64,000 nucleotides of DNA from Actinomycetota bacterium (GCA_046735375.1 JBKPTD010000005.1:10132-74131); one strand, 5' to 3'. Positions 10,195 through 21,859 are shown, counted from the stretch's first letter. Notes: generated from the letters alone by a model not told the origin. A program made the numbers and translations.

Positions 10195-11142
10195 TCAGCC
10201 GACGGATTCCGGACGGGTCGAACCCCGCCGCCGCCAACGAGATGCCCTAACTGGGCGAGACCGGCGCGCCCGAGCGGGTCGCGACTGGGTCACCGCGGCG
10301 ACGACCGCGACAGCGTGCGCGAGCTCCGCACGACCTCGCAGCTCCCAGCCGGATCCCCAGTCGGCGACCGCGATCGCTGCGAGCTCGGCAGCAAGCAGTC
10401 TGCCGTCAGACGGGCGGAGGTGCTGGTCGTTGGCGAGCCCGCGAGCCAGGATCCCGCGCAGGCTCGGTGGCACTGCCGCCATCGGTGGCGGGGCCTGCTC
10501 GTGCTTCATGCCGGTCAGCGCCCCCGAGTCATCGCCGGCATACGGCGGCAGCCCGGCCAGGCATTCGACGAAGACGGCGCTGGCGGCGAACACATCGGAG
10601 GCCGGGGTGGCAGGCCCGCCCGCCCAACGCTCGGGGGCAAGATACGCGGGCGTTCCCATCGAGATCGCCTCGGTGGCCAGCGGCAACGTAATGCCTGCAT
10701 CAGTCAGATGGATCCGCCCGTCGAAGTCGACAAGCACGTTCCCTGGCTTGTGGTCTCTGTGCATGACACCGACGGCGTGGGCGGCGGCGAGTCCGTACAA
10801 AGACGAGCTCAGCACGACAAGGGAAGCCTCGACGCTCGGGGTCCCGGTGGTCTGCAGGATCGCGCGCAGCGAACAACCGCGGATGAACTCCATGACAACG
10901 GCCGACGCGCCGGGAGCGTACCCGAGTAGACGGCAGAGGTTCGGGTCGGAGAGCTCGGCCAGCAACCGCGCCTCGCCCTCATAGCGATCGAGGAAGCCGT
11001 AGCCGGAGACCACGGCGTCCGAGAGGAACTTGACGGCGACCTGCGCTGCCGTCGCGTCATCGGTCGCCAGGACAACCGAGCCGGTTGCACCTGACCCGAG
11101 CGGACGGACCTCGGTGTAGCCCGGCAGTCGACCGCCTGCCAT
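10195..11142 (-). CDS. Atypical Ser/Thr protein kinase (variant catalytic motifs HRDHKPGN and DAG)
   Basis: Kinase fold elements are present (GSGATGSV, VAVKF, HRDHKPGNVLV, TPAYLAPE) with a Arg-rich C-terminal tail. The start is probably at M57 of the ORF. Confidence 0.65.
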   Translation of the reverse strand: MAGGRLPGYTEVRPLGSGATGSVVLATDDATAAQVAVKFLSDAVVSGYGFLDRYEGEARLLAELSDPNLCRLLGYAPGASAVVMEFIRGCSLRAILQTTGTPSVEASLVVLSSSLYGLAAAHAVGVMHRDHKPGNVLVDFDGRIHLTDAGITLPLATEAISMGTPAYLAPERWAGGPATPASDVFAASAVFVECLAGLPPYAGDDSGALTGMKHEQAPPPMAAVPPSLRGILARGLANDQHLRPSDGRLLAAELAAIAVADWGSGWELRGRAELAHAVAVVAAVTQSRPARARRSRPVRASRWRRRGSTRPESVG

Positions 11143-11282
11143 ATGTCGTCCCTCCGCGCCCATCGCCGTCCGCCCGCAGAATAAGTGCGGTGCAAAGGCA
11201 TGCCAATAGGTCATATAGCCAGATCTCGGCGGACACACGTCGACGTCCAAGGCAAGCGCGGCCAGGTATGACGTCGCACGGA

Positions 11283-11783
11283 ATGGCGAGAATGCCTGTT
11301 GTGGGAACACCGGGACTGATCGTTATCGGGCTTGCCATCTTCGCCGGGCTCGTGGGCGTCGTGGTTCCGGTTCTGCCCGGGCTCGTGCTCTCGTGGGGTG
11401 CCGTGCTCGTTTGGGCACTCGCAGAGCGCACCGCAGCCGCGTGGACAGTGTTGACCGTGGCCAGCCTGCTGTTGGTCGCCAGTCAGGTGCTCAAGTATGT
11501 GGTGCCTGGGCGTCGGATGCGTCAGGCCGGCGTGCCGTGGCACACCCTGGCCGCCGGCGGTGTCCTAGGAATCATCGGCTTCGTCCTTGTGCCGGTGGTC
11601 GGCCTGGTCATCGGCTTCGTCCTTGGCGTGTACCTCGCCGAACGCACCCGGCTCCGTACGCACCGCGAGGCGTGGCAGTCGACCGTTCATGCGCTCAAGG
11701 CCGTCGGCATATCGATCTTGATCGAGCTCGCCGCGGGCCTCCTCATTGCCGCCGCATGGCTTGGGGCGGTCATCGCCACCTGA
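11283..11783 (+). CDS. DUF456-family small membrane protein
   Basis: Four predicted TM helices and a Gly-rich pattern typical of DUF456. It is transcribed divergently from the atypical kinase. Confidence 0.55.
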   Translation: MARMPVVGTPGLIVIGLAIFAGLVGVVVPVLPGLVLSWGAVLVWALAERTAAAWTVLTVASLLLVASQVLKYVVPGRRMRQAGVPWHTLAAGGVLGIIGFVLVPVVGLVIGFVLGVYLAERTRLRTHREAWQSTVHALKAVGISILIELAAGLLIAAAWLGAVIAT

Positions 11784-11812
11784 CCAGCTCGCCCCGACCG
11801 CCAGCGATGGGC

Positions 11813-13438
11813 TCAGCCGGGCGTGGCATCCGGGCGGCCGGATCCCACGGGCTGTCGCACGCCCTGAGCGATGAGCAACTCAGCGACCTCCGCACTCGGT
11901 GGCTTGCCCGGTACCCAGGCGTTCGCAAGCGAGGCGCCACAGTCGATGAAGGCCTGGACCGTCGCCACCCAATCGGGATCCGCGGCATGCCCGAGCTTGA
12001 ACCCGCTCCCCACGCTTGCCCATACGAGAGGCGAGGACTGCCATGTCGCGTCGGGCGCCTCGATGTCAGCGCCCTCCTCAATGAGCAGCCGGACGACGTC
12101 GACGCTGCCTGACGCGGCCGCGGCTTGTAGAGGCGTCGCACCGTCCTCGCCGCCACGGGTCTCGAGCGGGAAGCCGAGATCGACCATCAGGCGAACCGCC
12201 TCCAGCCTGCCATGGTCGGCGGCATCGACGAGGGCAGCATGGTCCTCATCGGTGAGCTGTGCGAGCAGGTCGGGATGGCGGCGGAGCAGCTCTTGGGCGG
12301 CCTTACGGTCAGCCCGCGCGCAGGCATCCAAGAAGGTGTCTGTGTCCCCGGCGTCGTCAACAGCACCCTGGGCGACGAGCATCGCGGCCACCTCGGCGCG
12401 GCCGCGGCGGCGGGCTTCCCGGTATGGCGAGCGACCCCCCGCGGGTGCGGCCGCCGGGTCCGCACCACCCTGGAGCAGCGCCTGGATCAGATCCAGGCTG
12501 CAGTCGAACTCGATCGCCGCGTACACCGGTGGAATCGACGGCCGGCCCTCATAGGACGCGCCGAGCGCCCCGGCCGGAAGTGGCTCGCGCGGGTCGATGC
12601 CGGCACCAAGGAGGAGCCGGACGGCCTCTGCATCGTTCACGCTGATGGCGGCCGCAAGCGCGTCCAGACCCTCGGCGCGCGCCCCACGCTCGAGCAGCAG
12701 GCCAAGCGTCTCGTGGTCGCGATGGAATGCGGAGTGGTAGAGAGCAGCTGGCGTATCGGGATCAGCGCCGCGGTCGAGTAGCAGCCGCGCCAAGGCCCGA
12801 TGGTTGGCAAGCCCGGCCGCGGCGTACAGCGCCGAGCAATGGCCGGGCCGCGGCGCCCGGCCGATTGTTGTGTCGGGGCTCGCGCCGGCATCAAGAAGCA
12901 GCCGAGCGACGTCAACGATTCCGGCCGACCGACGCGGCTCGATCTGATGCCAGCGAGAGTTGCACGCGAACAGGAGCGGTGGCCATCCGAGCCTCTTGTC
13001 CGGGAGAACGGCGAGCGATGGGTCCCGTTCCAAGGCCGAGCGGACGTAAGCCGGCTCGCCGAGGACCGCGGCGGTACGAATGTCGTACGTCGCGATCGCG
13101 GGATCGTAGTCGAGCAGCCGCGCCGCCCGACGAAGCGCCGACGTGCCAGGCTCGAAGTGAGCCTGCACGCTGGCCAGCAGAAATGCGCTCACGCGCTGAA
13201 AGGTTGTCTCCGCGCTGGCCTCGACCGCTTCCTTGAGCCTCGGCCAGCTGGGGAATCCGAATTCGCGGGCGAGCGCGAGCTGTGCTAGAGCGAGCGTGAT
13301 CGGAGCGCCGGGCCGCCGGTAGTCCGCCAGTCGAGCGAGTGCCGCCGGGTCGCCCTGACGGGCTGCCTTGGCGAGGTCCTTTGCGCGGCGCCGCAGCTGG
13401 TCGAGGTCGGGTCGCGACGGAAACGACTCAGTCGCCAT
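11813..13438 (-). CDS. Ankyrin-repeat protein (541 aa, >10 ANK repeats)
   Basis: Repeated 33-aa ANK units (e.g. GATPLQAAAASGSVDVVRLLIEEGADIEA, ALYAAAGLANHRALARLLLDRGADPD). Confidence 0.7.
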   Translation of the reverse strand: MATESFPSRPDLDQLRRRAKDLAKAARQGDPAALARLADYRRPGAPITLALAQLALAREFGFPSWPRLKEAVEASAETTFQRVSAFLLASVQAHFEPGTSALRRAARLLDYDPAIATYDIRTAAVLGEPAYVRSALERDPSLAVLPDKRLGWPPLLFACNSRWHQIEPRRSAGIVDVARLLLDAGASPDTTIGRAPRPGHCSALYAAAGLANHRALARLLLDRGADPDTPAALYHSAFHRDHETLGLLLERGARAEGLDALAAAISVNDAEAVRLLLGAGIDPREPLPAGALGASYEGRPSIPPVYAAIEFDCSLDLIQALLQGGADPAAAPAGGRSPYREARRRGRAEVAAMLVAQGAVDDAGDTDTFLDACARADRKAAQELLRRHPDLLAQLTDEDHAALVDAADHGRLEAVRLMVDLGFPLETRGGEDGATPLQAAAASGSVDVVRLLIEEGADIEAPDATWQSSPLVWASVGSGFKLGHAADPDWVATVQAFIDCGASLANAWVPGKPPSAEVAELLIAQGVRQPVGSGRPDATPG

Positions 13439-13600
13439 GTCATCTCCTCACTGTGTCCTCCTGGCCCGCGCTGGAGGCGTGAAGAAGATGACGAGAAACG
13501 ACGCGTACTACGAGGTGGACTCAGTCCTTCCCGCGGACCCCGGGGGTGCCCTCAGAACCATCTCGATGATAGGCGTGGTTCGCCAGCCGGGACGAGCGAC

Positions 13601-14656
13601 TCACGACTTATCGACGAGGATGCGCCGCAAGACACCCGCGGCGTACGCGCAGCCGGCATCGTCGACGTCCAGATGTGTGACCAGGCGGACGGCATCGTCA
13701 ACGGTGGAGACGAGTACGCCCTCAGCGCGAGCCTTGCCGGCCAGCTCCTCGGCACCGATCCCGGTCCCATCCAGGTCGAGTCGGATGATGTTGGTCTCGA
13801 CGGCGACGGGGTCGCACATATCGGGAACAGCCTCAGCGAGCGTCGTGGCGATCCGTCGCGCGCGTGCGTGGTCATCGGCCAGCCGCTCGATGTGATGTTC
13901 CAAGGCGTACAGACCCGCGGCCGCCAGGATGCCCGCCTGGCGCCAGCCGCCGCCGAGGCGGTGCCGCAGCACACGTGCCTCGCTGGCGCGGTCGGCGTCA
14001 CAGACGACCAGCGAGCCGACCGGGGCGCCCAGCCCCTTGGACAAGCACACGGAGAGCGTGTCGGCAAGTTCGCCGAACCGCTCCAGCGACGTGCCGGTCG
14101 CCACATGAGCGTTCCAGATCCGCGCGCCGTCACAATGCAGGAGAACCGAGCGCTCCGCGGTGAGCTGGCGAAGTCGCTCGAGTGTCGCGAGGGGATAAAC
14201 GGCTCCGCTGCCACGGTTGTGCGTGTTCTCGACCGCGACCGCCCGTGTGGCCACAACATGCCAGGTGATCGGCCTGAGCTGGACGAGCACCGCGTCGGGA
14301 TCGAGCAGGCCGCGTATGGAGACAAGCGTTCTGGTCTGGATTCCGGCATGCTGGGCCGCGCCGCCGCCTTCGTACGTGACGATGTGGGCGTCGGCGTCGC
14401 AGAGGACCTCGCTCGCTGGCGGGCAGACCAAGCGCAGCCCGATCTGGTTGCCCATCGTGCCGGTGGGCACGAAGACCGCTGCCTCCCGGCCGAACAAGCC
14501 GGCGACGGTCTCCTCCAGGCGGCGGATCGTCGGGTCCTCGCCGTACACATCGTCGCCAACTTCAGCGGCGGCCATCGCCGCGCGCATCTGTGCGCCGGGT
14601 TTGGTGACCGTGTCCGATCGCAGGTCCACGACGCCTAGCTGGTCACCGTTACCCAT
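13601..14656 (-). CDS. ltaE: Low-specificity L-threonine aldolase (PLP-dependent)
   Basis: Beta-eliminating lyase/threonine aldolase motifs are present (DLRSDTVT, GDDVYGEDPT, VPTGTMGNQ, and K in SVCLSKGLGAPVGS). Confidence 0.8.
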   Translation of the reverse strand: MGNGDQLGVVDLRSDTVTKPGAQMRAAMAAAEVGDDVYGEDPTIRRLEETVAGLFGREAAVFVPTGTMGNQIGLRLVCPPASEVLCDADAHIVTYEGGGAAQHAGIQTRTLVSIRGLLDPDAVLVQLRPITWHVVATRAVAVENTHNRGSGAVYPLATLERLRQLTAERSVLLHCDGARIWNAHVATGTSLERFGELADTLSVCLSKGLGAPVGSLVVCDADRASEARVLRHRLGGGWRQAGILAAAGLYALEHHIERLADDHARARRIATTLAEAVPDMCDPVAVETNIIRLDLDGTGIGAEELAGKARAEGVLVSTVDDAVRLVTHLDVDDAGCAYAAGVLRRILVDKS

Positions 14657-14712
14657 GCCGCCTCACTCCGTACTCGCTTCTTGGCGCACCGAGGCACCGT
14701 CTTCCGAAATGA

Positions 14713-16236
<1,524 letters not shown>

Positions 16237-16365
16237 TCAGGCGCGTTTTGATGTCCCAGGGCGCGGAGTGCGGGCGGACGTGCTCGGCCGGGCCGGCAGC
16301 GTGCGGTTGCCACCGGAAGGTACTGTTGCATACCAATCTGCATCCCGCTTTGATACCATCCCGGT

Positions 16366-16599
16366 ATGACGACGCAGATCGCGGTCCGACTTCCGGATGA
16401 GATCGTCGCCTATCTTGATCAACAGGTGGCATCCGGCGACGCGCCGAGCCGTGCCGCGGTTGTGGCGCGGGCTCTCGAGCGGGAACGACGACGCGACATC
16501 GCTGAGCGCGATGCCCGGATCTATGCGGCCGCCGCCGGACCGGGTGAGCTTGACGATCTCGCCGCCTGGGCCGCAAGCCAGCCGCTGGACATCGACTGA
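16366..16599 (+). CDS. Type II antitoxin, ribbon-helix-helix (MazE/CopG-like)
   Basis: 77 aa with an RHH N-terminus (QIAVRLPDEIVAYLD). Its stop overlaps the toxin start (TGATG). Confidence 0.7.
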   Translation: MTTQIAVRLPDEIVAYLDQQVASGDAPSRAAVVARALERERRRDIAERDARIYAAAAGPGELDDLAAWAASQPLDID

Positions 16600-16901
16600 T
16601 GCGGCCGATCCACCTCGCTCACCTGGACAAGACCCGGCCAGTGGTCGTCCTGACCCGCGACGCTGTTCGGCCGTACCTCACATCAATCACCGTCGCACCC
16701 ATCACCAGGACTGTGCGTGGCTTATCGACCGAGGTCAGCCTCGGCGCCGTCAACGGGTTGGATCATGACTCGGTGATTTCGTGCGACAACATCACCACGG
16801 TGCCGCGTGCGGTGATCGGCCGGCTCGTCGGCTACCTGCAGCCACCGCAGGAGGCGGCCCTTGCGCGAGCGATCGTGGCAGCCTACGACCTCGATCTTTA
16901 G
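16599..16901 (+). CDS. mazF: Type II toxin, MazF/PemK-family endoribonuclease
   Basis: Carries the PemK/MazF signature (RPVVVLTRDAVRPYL...VAPIT...CDNITTV). Confidence 0.75.
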   Translation: MRPIHLAHLDKTRPVVVLTRDAVRPYLTSITVAPITRTVRGLSTEVSLGAVNGLDHDSVISCDNITTVPRAVIGRLVGYLQPPQEAALARAIVAAYDLDL

Positions 16902-16925
16902 CCAGCCGCCGACCACGGAGGACGA

Positions 16926-17953
16926 TCAGCCGAACAGGACGGCGGCTTCCTCGTACTGCTCGATGGGTACGACCTTGAGTTCCTTGGTGGCGTCTGCGAG
17001 CGGCACTCGCACGATCTCCGTGCCGCGAAGAGCCACCATCTCGCCGTACGCGCCCTCCTTGACCGCCGCGATCGCCTGCAGCCCAAAGCGCGTCGCGACC
17101 CACCGGTCAAAGGCGGTCGGGGTGCCGCCGCGCTGTACGTGCCCGAGCACCACGAACCGAGTCTCACGGCCGGTCCGCTGCCCGATCTCGCGGGCCAGGA
17201 CGTCGCTGATCCCGCCGAGGCGAACGTGTCCGAAGGCGTCGATGTCGCCAGACTGCAGCGCCATGGTGCCTTCGCGTGGAGTCGCACCCTCGGCGACCAC
17301 GACAATCGGCGAATAGTTGCTCTGGAACCTGCTCTCGACCCAGGCGCAGACCTGCTCGATGTCGAAGGGCACCTCCGGGATGAGGATGACATTCGCTCCG
17401 CCGGCCATCCCGGCGTGCAAGGCGATCCAGCCGCTGTGCCGGCCCATGACCTCGACGACTTGAACGCGGTGGTGCGACTCCGTGGTCGTGTGCAGCCGGT
17501 CGATCGCCTCCGTCGCGATGTTCACTGCCGTGTCGAACCCGAAGGTGTAGTCGGTCGCATTGAGGTCGTTGTCGATCGTCTTGGGCACTCCGACGACCTT
17601 CAGACCGAGCTCGTACAGCTTGGTCGCGACACCAAGGGTGTCCTCACCGCCGATCACGACGAGCGCGTCAACCTCGAGCTTCGCGAGATTCTCCTTGATC
17701 CGGTCAACGCCGCCATCGACTTTGAACGGGTTGGTGCGGGACGAGCCAAGGATGGTGCCGCCACGCGGCAGGATGCCGCGAACGGCGTGCACGTCGAGGG
17801 TCATGGTCTGTCCCTCGAGCAGCCCACGCCAGCCATCCCTGAAGCCGATGAAGTCGAACCCGAACTCGGACACGCCATGCCGTACCACTGCCCTGATCAC
17901 GGCGTTCAGGCCGGGACAGTCTCCACCTCCGGTGAGAACTCCGACGCGCATGG
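16926..17953 (-). CDS. pfkA: 6-phosphofructokinase
   Basis: Starts MRVGVLTGGGDCPGLNA, followed by the PFK family motifs GGDGS-like and MGRHSG. The N-terminal extension of the ORF to 18128 looks spurious. Confidence 0.85.
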
Positions 17954-18225
17954 TCTCGCCCTTCTGCGTTGCTGCCTGCGTTGGGAACCGTCTGGTCGGG
18001 CGCCGTTGCCCGCGGTCAATGACCTCGATCACACTACTGTTGCCTGCCGCGGATTCGATGGCCGTCCTGACTCGATAACTGGACGACGCAACGGCCGGTC
18101 GGTCGTGCGGCCGGCTGTCGTATGTCACGCCGCGTTTGGCCCGGTGACCGGGCTAATTGAGGCGTAAGTGGCGGAAAACCGCCGCCGATCGCGCGCGCCG
18201 CCGCCGCGACGGCTACGGTCCGGGC

Positions 18226-19062
18226 ATGACCTTCTCGATCGTGGCCCGCAGCGCCGACGGCACCAGCTTCGGAGTGGCCGTAGCGTCCAAATTCCTCGCG
18301 GTCGGCGCCGCGGTACCGGCCGCTGCAGCCGGGGTCGGTGCCATCGCTACCCAGTCATACGCCAACCTCGCCTACCGGCCTGACGGTCTCGCGCTCCTCG
18401 CGGAGGGCCGGGGCGCGGCGTTGACGCTGGAGATGCTGACCTCGGTGGACGAGGCGCGGGAGACCCGGCAAGCCGGGATCGTCGACGCGGACGGGATCGC
18501 GGCAACCTTCACAGGCAGCGAATGCCAGCCGTGGGCCGGCGGGGTCGTGGGCGACGGGTACGCGATCCAAGGCAACATCCTGGTGGGGCCGCAGGTTGTC
18601 GAGGCAATGGAGCGCGCGTGGCTAGCGTCCTCCCGCGGTGCGCCGCTGACCCGCCGCCTGCTGGCTGCACTCTCCGCCGGCGACCAGGTTGGCGGCGACC
18701 GGCGCGGCCGACAGAGCGCGGCATTGCTGGTCGTCACGCCGGAGGGCGGGTATGGCGGCGGCAGTGACGTCCTCGCCGATCTCCGTGTCGACGATCATCC
18801 GGAACCTATCCCGGAGCTTGCGCGGTTGGTCGACCTTCATGATCTCTACTTCGGGGTGCCCGACCCGGAGACGCTCCTTGATCTCAGCGGGGAGCTCGAG
18901 ACCGAGGTGCGGGCCCGGCTGGCGATGCGCGGCTTCACCGATGGCGACTTGGAGGATGCGCTCGCCACCTGGGCGGGCCGCGAGAACTACGAGGAACGGC
19001 TGGTGGCCGGCAAGATCGACCCTGTCGTTCTCGCCAAGCTTCGGGAAGCGGAGACGCCCTGA
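18226..19062 (+). CDS. DUF1028-family protein (Ntn-hydrolase-like)
   Basis: The N-terminus MTFSIVARS has the nucleophile-like Ser/Thr at position 2, typical of DUF1028. It is divergent from pfkA. Confidence 0.55.
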   Translation: MTFSIVARSADGTSFGVAVASKFLAVGAAVPAAAAGVGAIATQSYANLAYRPDGLALLAEGRGAALTLEMLTSVDEARETRQAGIVDADGIAATFTGSECQPWAGGVVGDGYAIQGNILVGPQVVEAMERAWLASSRGAPLTRRLLAALSAGDQVGGDRRGRQSAALLVVTPEGGYGGGSDVLADLRVDDHPEPIPELARLVDLHDLYFGVPDPETLLDLSGELETEVRARLAMRGFTDGDLEDALATWAGRENYEERLVAGKIDPVVLAKLREAETP

Positions 19063-19095
19063 GCGCTTCCTCACCGGGCCTCGGCCGGCACTGGC

Positions 19096-19839
19096 CTACG
19101 CCGCTTGGTCGCGTGCCGCCGACTCGTCCGCGGACGTGGGGATCCGCTTGGGGTGCTTTGCCGCACTGATTAGGTCCTTGGCCTTGGTGGCGTACATGTC
19201 GACGTACTCCTGACCGGACAGCTGCATCAGTTCGTACATGATCTCGTCGGTCACTGACCGCAGCACGAACCGGTCGGACTCCATGCCTTCGTAACGCGAG
19301 AAGTCCAGAGGCTTGCCGAACCGCACACCCGGCCTGATGATCTTGGGCAGGATCCGCCCGGGTGGCTGCAGCTTCTCTGTGTCGATCATGGCGACGGGGA
19401 TGACCGGCACCTTGGCGGCGAGGGCGAGTCTTGCGATCCCGGTCCGGCCCCGGTAGAGCCGGCCGTCGGGCGAGCGGGTGCCCTCGGGATAGAGAGCGAA
19501 GAGTTCCCCCCGCTCGAGGATCTTCAGGCCGGTGCGGAGCGCTGCATCGGCCGCCCTGCCACCGGATCGATCGATGGGCACCTGCCCGGCGCCGCGGAAG
19601 AACCACGCGGTCAGCCGACCCTTGATGCCTGTGCCGGTGAAGTACTCGGCCTTGGCGGCGAACGTCACCCGCCGAGGAACCAGGAGGGGCATGAAAAACG
19701 AATCGGAGAACGAGAGATGGTTGCTGGCAATGATCGCTGGACCGTGCTCAGGAATGTTGTCGAGGCCCTCGACCCAGGGTCGCCATACGACTCGCAGGAT
19801 CGGGCCGATCAAGATCCGCTTGAGAAACCAGTAGAACAC
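19096..19839 (-). CDS. plsC: 1-acyl-sn-glycerol-3-phosphate acyltransferase (Rv2182c-like)
   Basis: Carries the NHLSFSD (HX4D) and PEGTR motifs. A GTG start at 19839, with a GGGAGG Shine-Dalgarno 4 nt upstream, gives 247 aa, the same length as Rv2182c. Confidence 0.75.
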   Translation of the reverse strand: MFYWFLKRILIGPILRVVWRPWVEGLDNIPEHGPAIIASNHLSFSDSFFMPLLVPRRVTFAAKAEYFTGTGIKGRLTAWFFRGAGQVPIDRSGGRAADAALRTGLKILERGELFALYPEGTRSPDGRLYRGRTGIARLALAAKVPVIPVAMIDTEKLQPPGRILPKIIRPGVRFGKPLDFSRYEGMESDRFVLRSVTDEIMYELMQLSGQEYVDMYATKAKDLISAAKHPKRIPTSADESAARDQAA

Positions 19840-20070
19840 GTCACCTCCCGCGATGTCTGTGGGCCGCACCGATCGTGACAGTCGAGCCGGCGACTCTTGG
19901 GATTGCCACGGTGAGACCCGCCGCGCGACCTCTCTGGTCAGGAACATTAAGGACAGTTGACCAACGAGGCAACGTGAGCCTACAGATCACCGTACGCCTC
20001 ACGACCTTCCCGCGACATGGTCATCGCGGGAGCGAGCCCACCCGCCTCAGCGCGTGGTCAGGACCGCATC

Positions 20071-20090
20071 GGGGGAAGGTGCCCTTCATG
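20071..20090. repeat. Half-copy of the REP-like palindrome (GGGGGAAGGTGCCCTTCATG)
   Basis: One arm only; it lies between the divergent plsC and hydrolase genes. Confidence 0.6.
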
Positions 20091-20128
20091 CGGTGACGGG
20101 GGTCGGGTGAACGTGGCACGATTCCGAC

Positions 20129-20950
20129 GTGATCCTGCCAGGCGCGGAGCCTTACTCTCATGATGGCGGGCCGATCGGAGCCCTGCTGATTCACGGCTTC
20201 ACCGGCTGCCCGCAGTCACTGCGGCCGTGGGCCGAATACCTCGCCGCCGCTGGGCTCACCGTGCGGCTGCCGCTGTTGCCCGGGCACGGACGCACCTGGC
20301 AAGAGCTGAACGCGACCCGCTGGCCGGAGTGGTACGCCGAGGTCGAGGCTGCACACACGGAGTTGACGTCGCGCTGCCAACAGGTCGTCGTCATGGGTCT
20401 GTCCTTCGGGGCCGCGCTGGCGCTGCACCTGGCGATCGAGCGTCCCGATGGTGTGCGCGGGCTGGTCCTGGTCAACACCTTCGTCCTCACGACCGACCGG
20501 CGCCAGGTGGCACTGCCCGCACTACGCTGGATCACCAGGAGCGTGCCGGGGGTCATCAGCGACATCAAGAAGTCGGGCGTCTCCGAACTCGGCTACAACA
20601 GGCTGCCCTTGCAAGCGCTCTACTCAGCGACGAGGTTCCAGCGCCAGTTGCGCGCGGCGCTGCCGCGACTGACCCAGCCGCTTCTCCTCTATCGCAGTGC
20701 CGAGGATCACGTCGTACCTGCGGCAAGTACGGCGTACGTTCTAAGACATGCCGGTTCGCCGGATATCGAGGAGATCATGCTGCCCAATAGCTACCACGTC
20801 GCGACGCTGGACAACGACGCCGAAGAGATCTTCGCCGGATCTCTTGCCTTCGCGCGCCGTCTCGGCAGCCGCCGGAACTCACCGGGAGCGTCCAACGGCC
20901 CGGTGACACCGCCTGAGCCCCGGGTCGACACGACCCACGCGGATGGCTGA
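20129..20950 (+). CDS. Alpha/beta-fold hydrolase (esterase/lysophospholipase-like)
   Basis: Has the GLSFGA nucleophile elbow (GxSxG) and an HGFTG oxyanion region. It uses a GTG start. Confidence 0.7.
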   Translation: MILPGAEPYSHDGGPIGALLIHGFTGCPQSLRPWAEYLAAAGLTVRLPLLPGHGRTWQELNATRWPEWYAEVEAAHTELTSRCQQVVVMGLSFGAALALHLAIERPDGVRGLVLVNTFVLTTDRRQVALPALRWITRSVPGVISDIKKSGVSELGYNRLPLQALYSATRFQRQLRAALPRLTQPLLLYRSAEDHVVPAASTAYVLRHAGSPDIEEIMLPNSYHVATLDNDAEEIFAGSLAFARRLGSRRNSPGASNGPVTPPEPRVDTTHADG

Positions 20951-21809
20951 CGCCGGCGCGATGCGCCCACGCGACAACGGGCTGACGGCTGCGTCCTATA
21001 CGCCGCTGGCCGACATCGATCCCCGCTTGACCGCGAGCCTTCTGGAAGCGCTGCGCGAGGCGGGCGTCGCCGCCTACGTCGTCTCCGCTAGCAGCCGGGC
21101 GAGCCTCGGCTGGCACGTCGACACCCCGTACCGCCCAGTCGACCGGCTTTATGTAGACGCGGGCGCCTCTGCCGTGGCGCAGGACGTCCTCAAGGCCACG
21201 CTTCCGCCAGCAGATCCTCAGGCCAGACCGTCCGGGCCGGTGTCTGACTGGTTCGCCCGCGGCGATCTCGGACCCATATCGCACTCACAGGTAGGCAGCG
21301 ACGAGACACCCGACCGGACAGAGCCGACCCAGGAGGCGGCCCTACCTGGTGGTGAAGCCGGCTCAGTGCCACCTGACCTCGACTCGGCGTGGCAGCAGAT
21401 CATCGCAGGTTTCGACTCAACGCCAGTCGATTCAGTGCCGCGCTGGCCTGCCGACGAGGACGTTCGTGACGAGTCGCCGCGCGAGGGTCGAGTCATCCGC
21501 AGAGTCGAGGCGGCCGAGCCGGCGGAACTGGCTGAGTCGCCGCCCTCAGCACCGGGCCAGGGGCCAGACGACGAGCACTTCGTTCCCCCAGCGCCGCCGC
21601 CGCTGCCATCAGTGGAGCGGGTAACCAAGTTCGCGTGGGCCGGAGTGCTCGGCGGACCGGCCGTTCTGCTGGCCGACGCCTTCGGTCTCGCGCTGCCCAG
21701 TTGGGCACCCGGCCTGGCGGTCATCGCCTTCATCAGCGGCTTCGTCACGCTGGTGATGCGACTGAAGGACCGCTCCGACTCCGACCCGGACGATGGCGCC
21801 GTAGTCTGA
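20943..21809 (+). CDS. Hypothetical protein (conserved N-domain, acidic/Pro-rich linker, C-terminal TM anchor)
   Basis: The ORF's start overlaps the upstream stop (coupling). The C-terminus has a hydrophobic helix (LAVIAFISGFVTLVM). Confidence 0.45.
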   Translation: MADAGAMRPRDNGLTAASYTPLADIDPRLTASLLEALREAGVAAYVVSASSRASLGWHVDTPYRPVDRLYVDAGASAVAQDVLKATLPPADPQARPSGPVSDWFARGDLGPISHSQVGSDETPDRTEPTQEAALPGGEAGSVPPDLDSAWQQIIAGFDSTPVDSVPRWPADEDVRDESPREGRVIRRVEAAEPAELAESPPSAPGQGPDDEHFVPPAPPPLPSVERVTKFAWAGVLGGPAVLLADAFGLALPSWAPGLAVIAFISGFVTLVMRLKDRSDSDPDDGAVV

Positions 21810-21859
21810 GCCTCCGTCGGAAATCTGCACGACCCGCGGCTGCGCCGACGCATGTCGCG

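Noticed and set aside
16926-18128. N-terminal extensions of several ORFs: pfkA to 18128, iolE to 34626, iolB to 31321, ABC ATPase to 26664, EEP to 25708, aroG to 16161, TIGR00300 from 21635, PAC2 to 24579.
   Set aside because: The extensions are Arg/Pro-rich, overlap upstream genes, and the canonical family N-termini begin at internal Met/Val codons, which are often translationally coupled to the upstream stop. Gene starts were trimmed accordingly.
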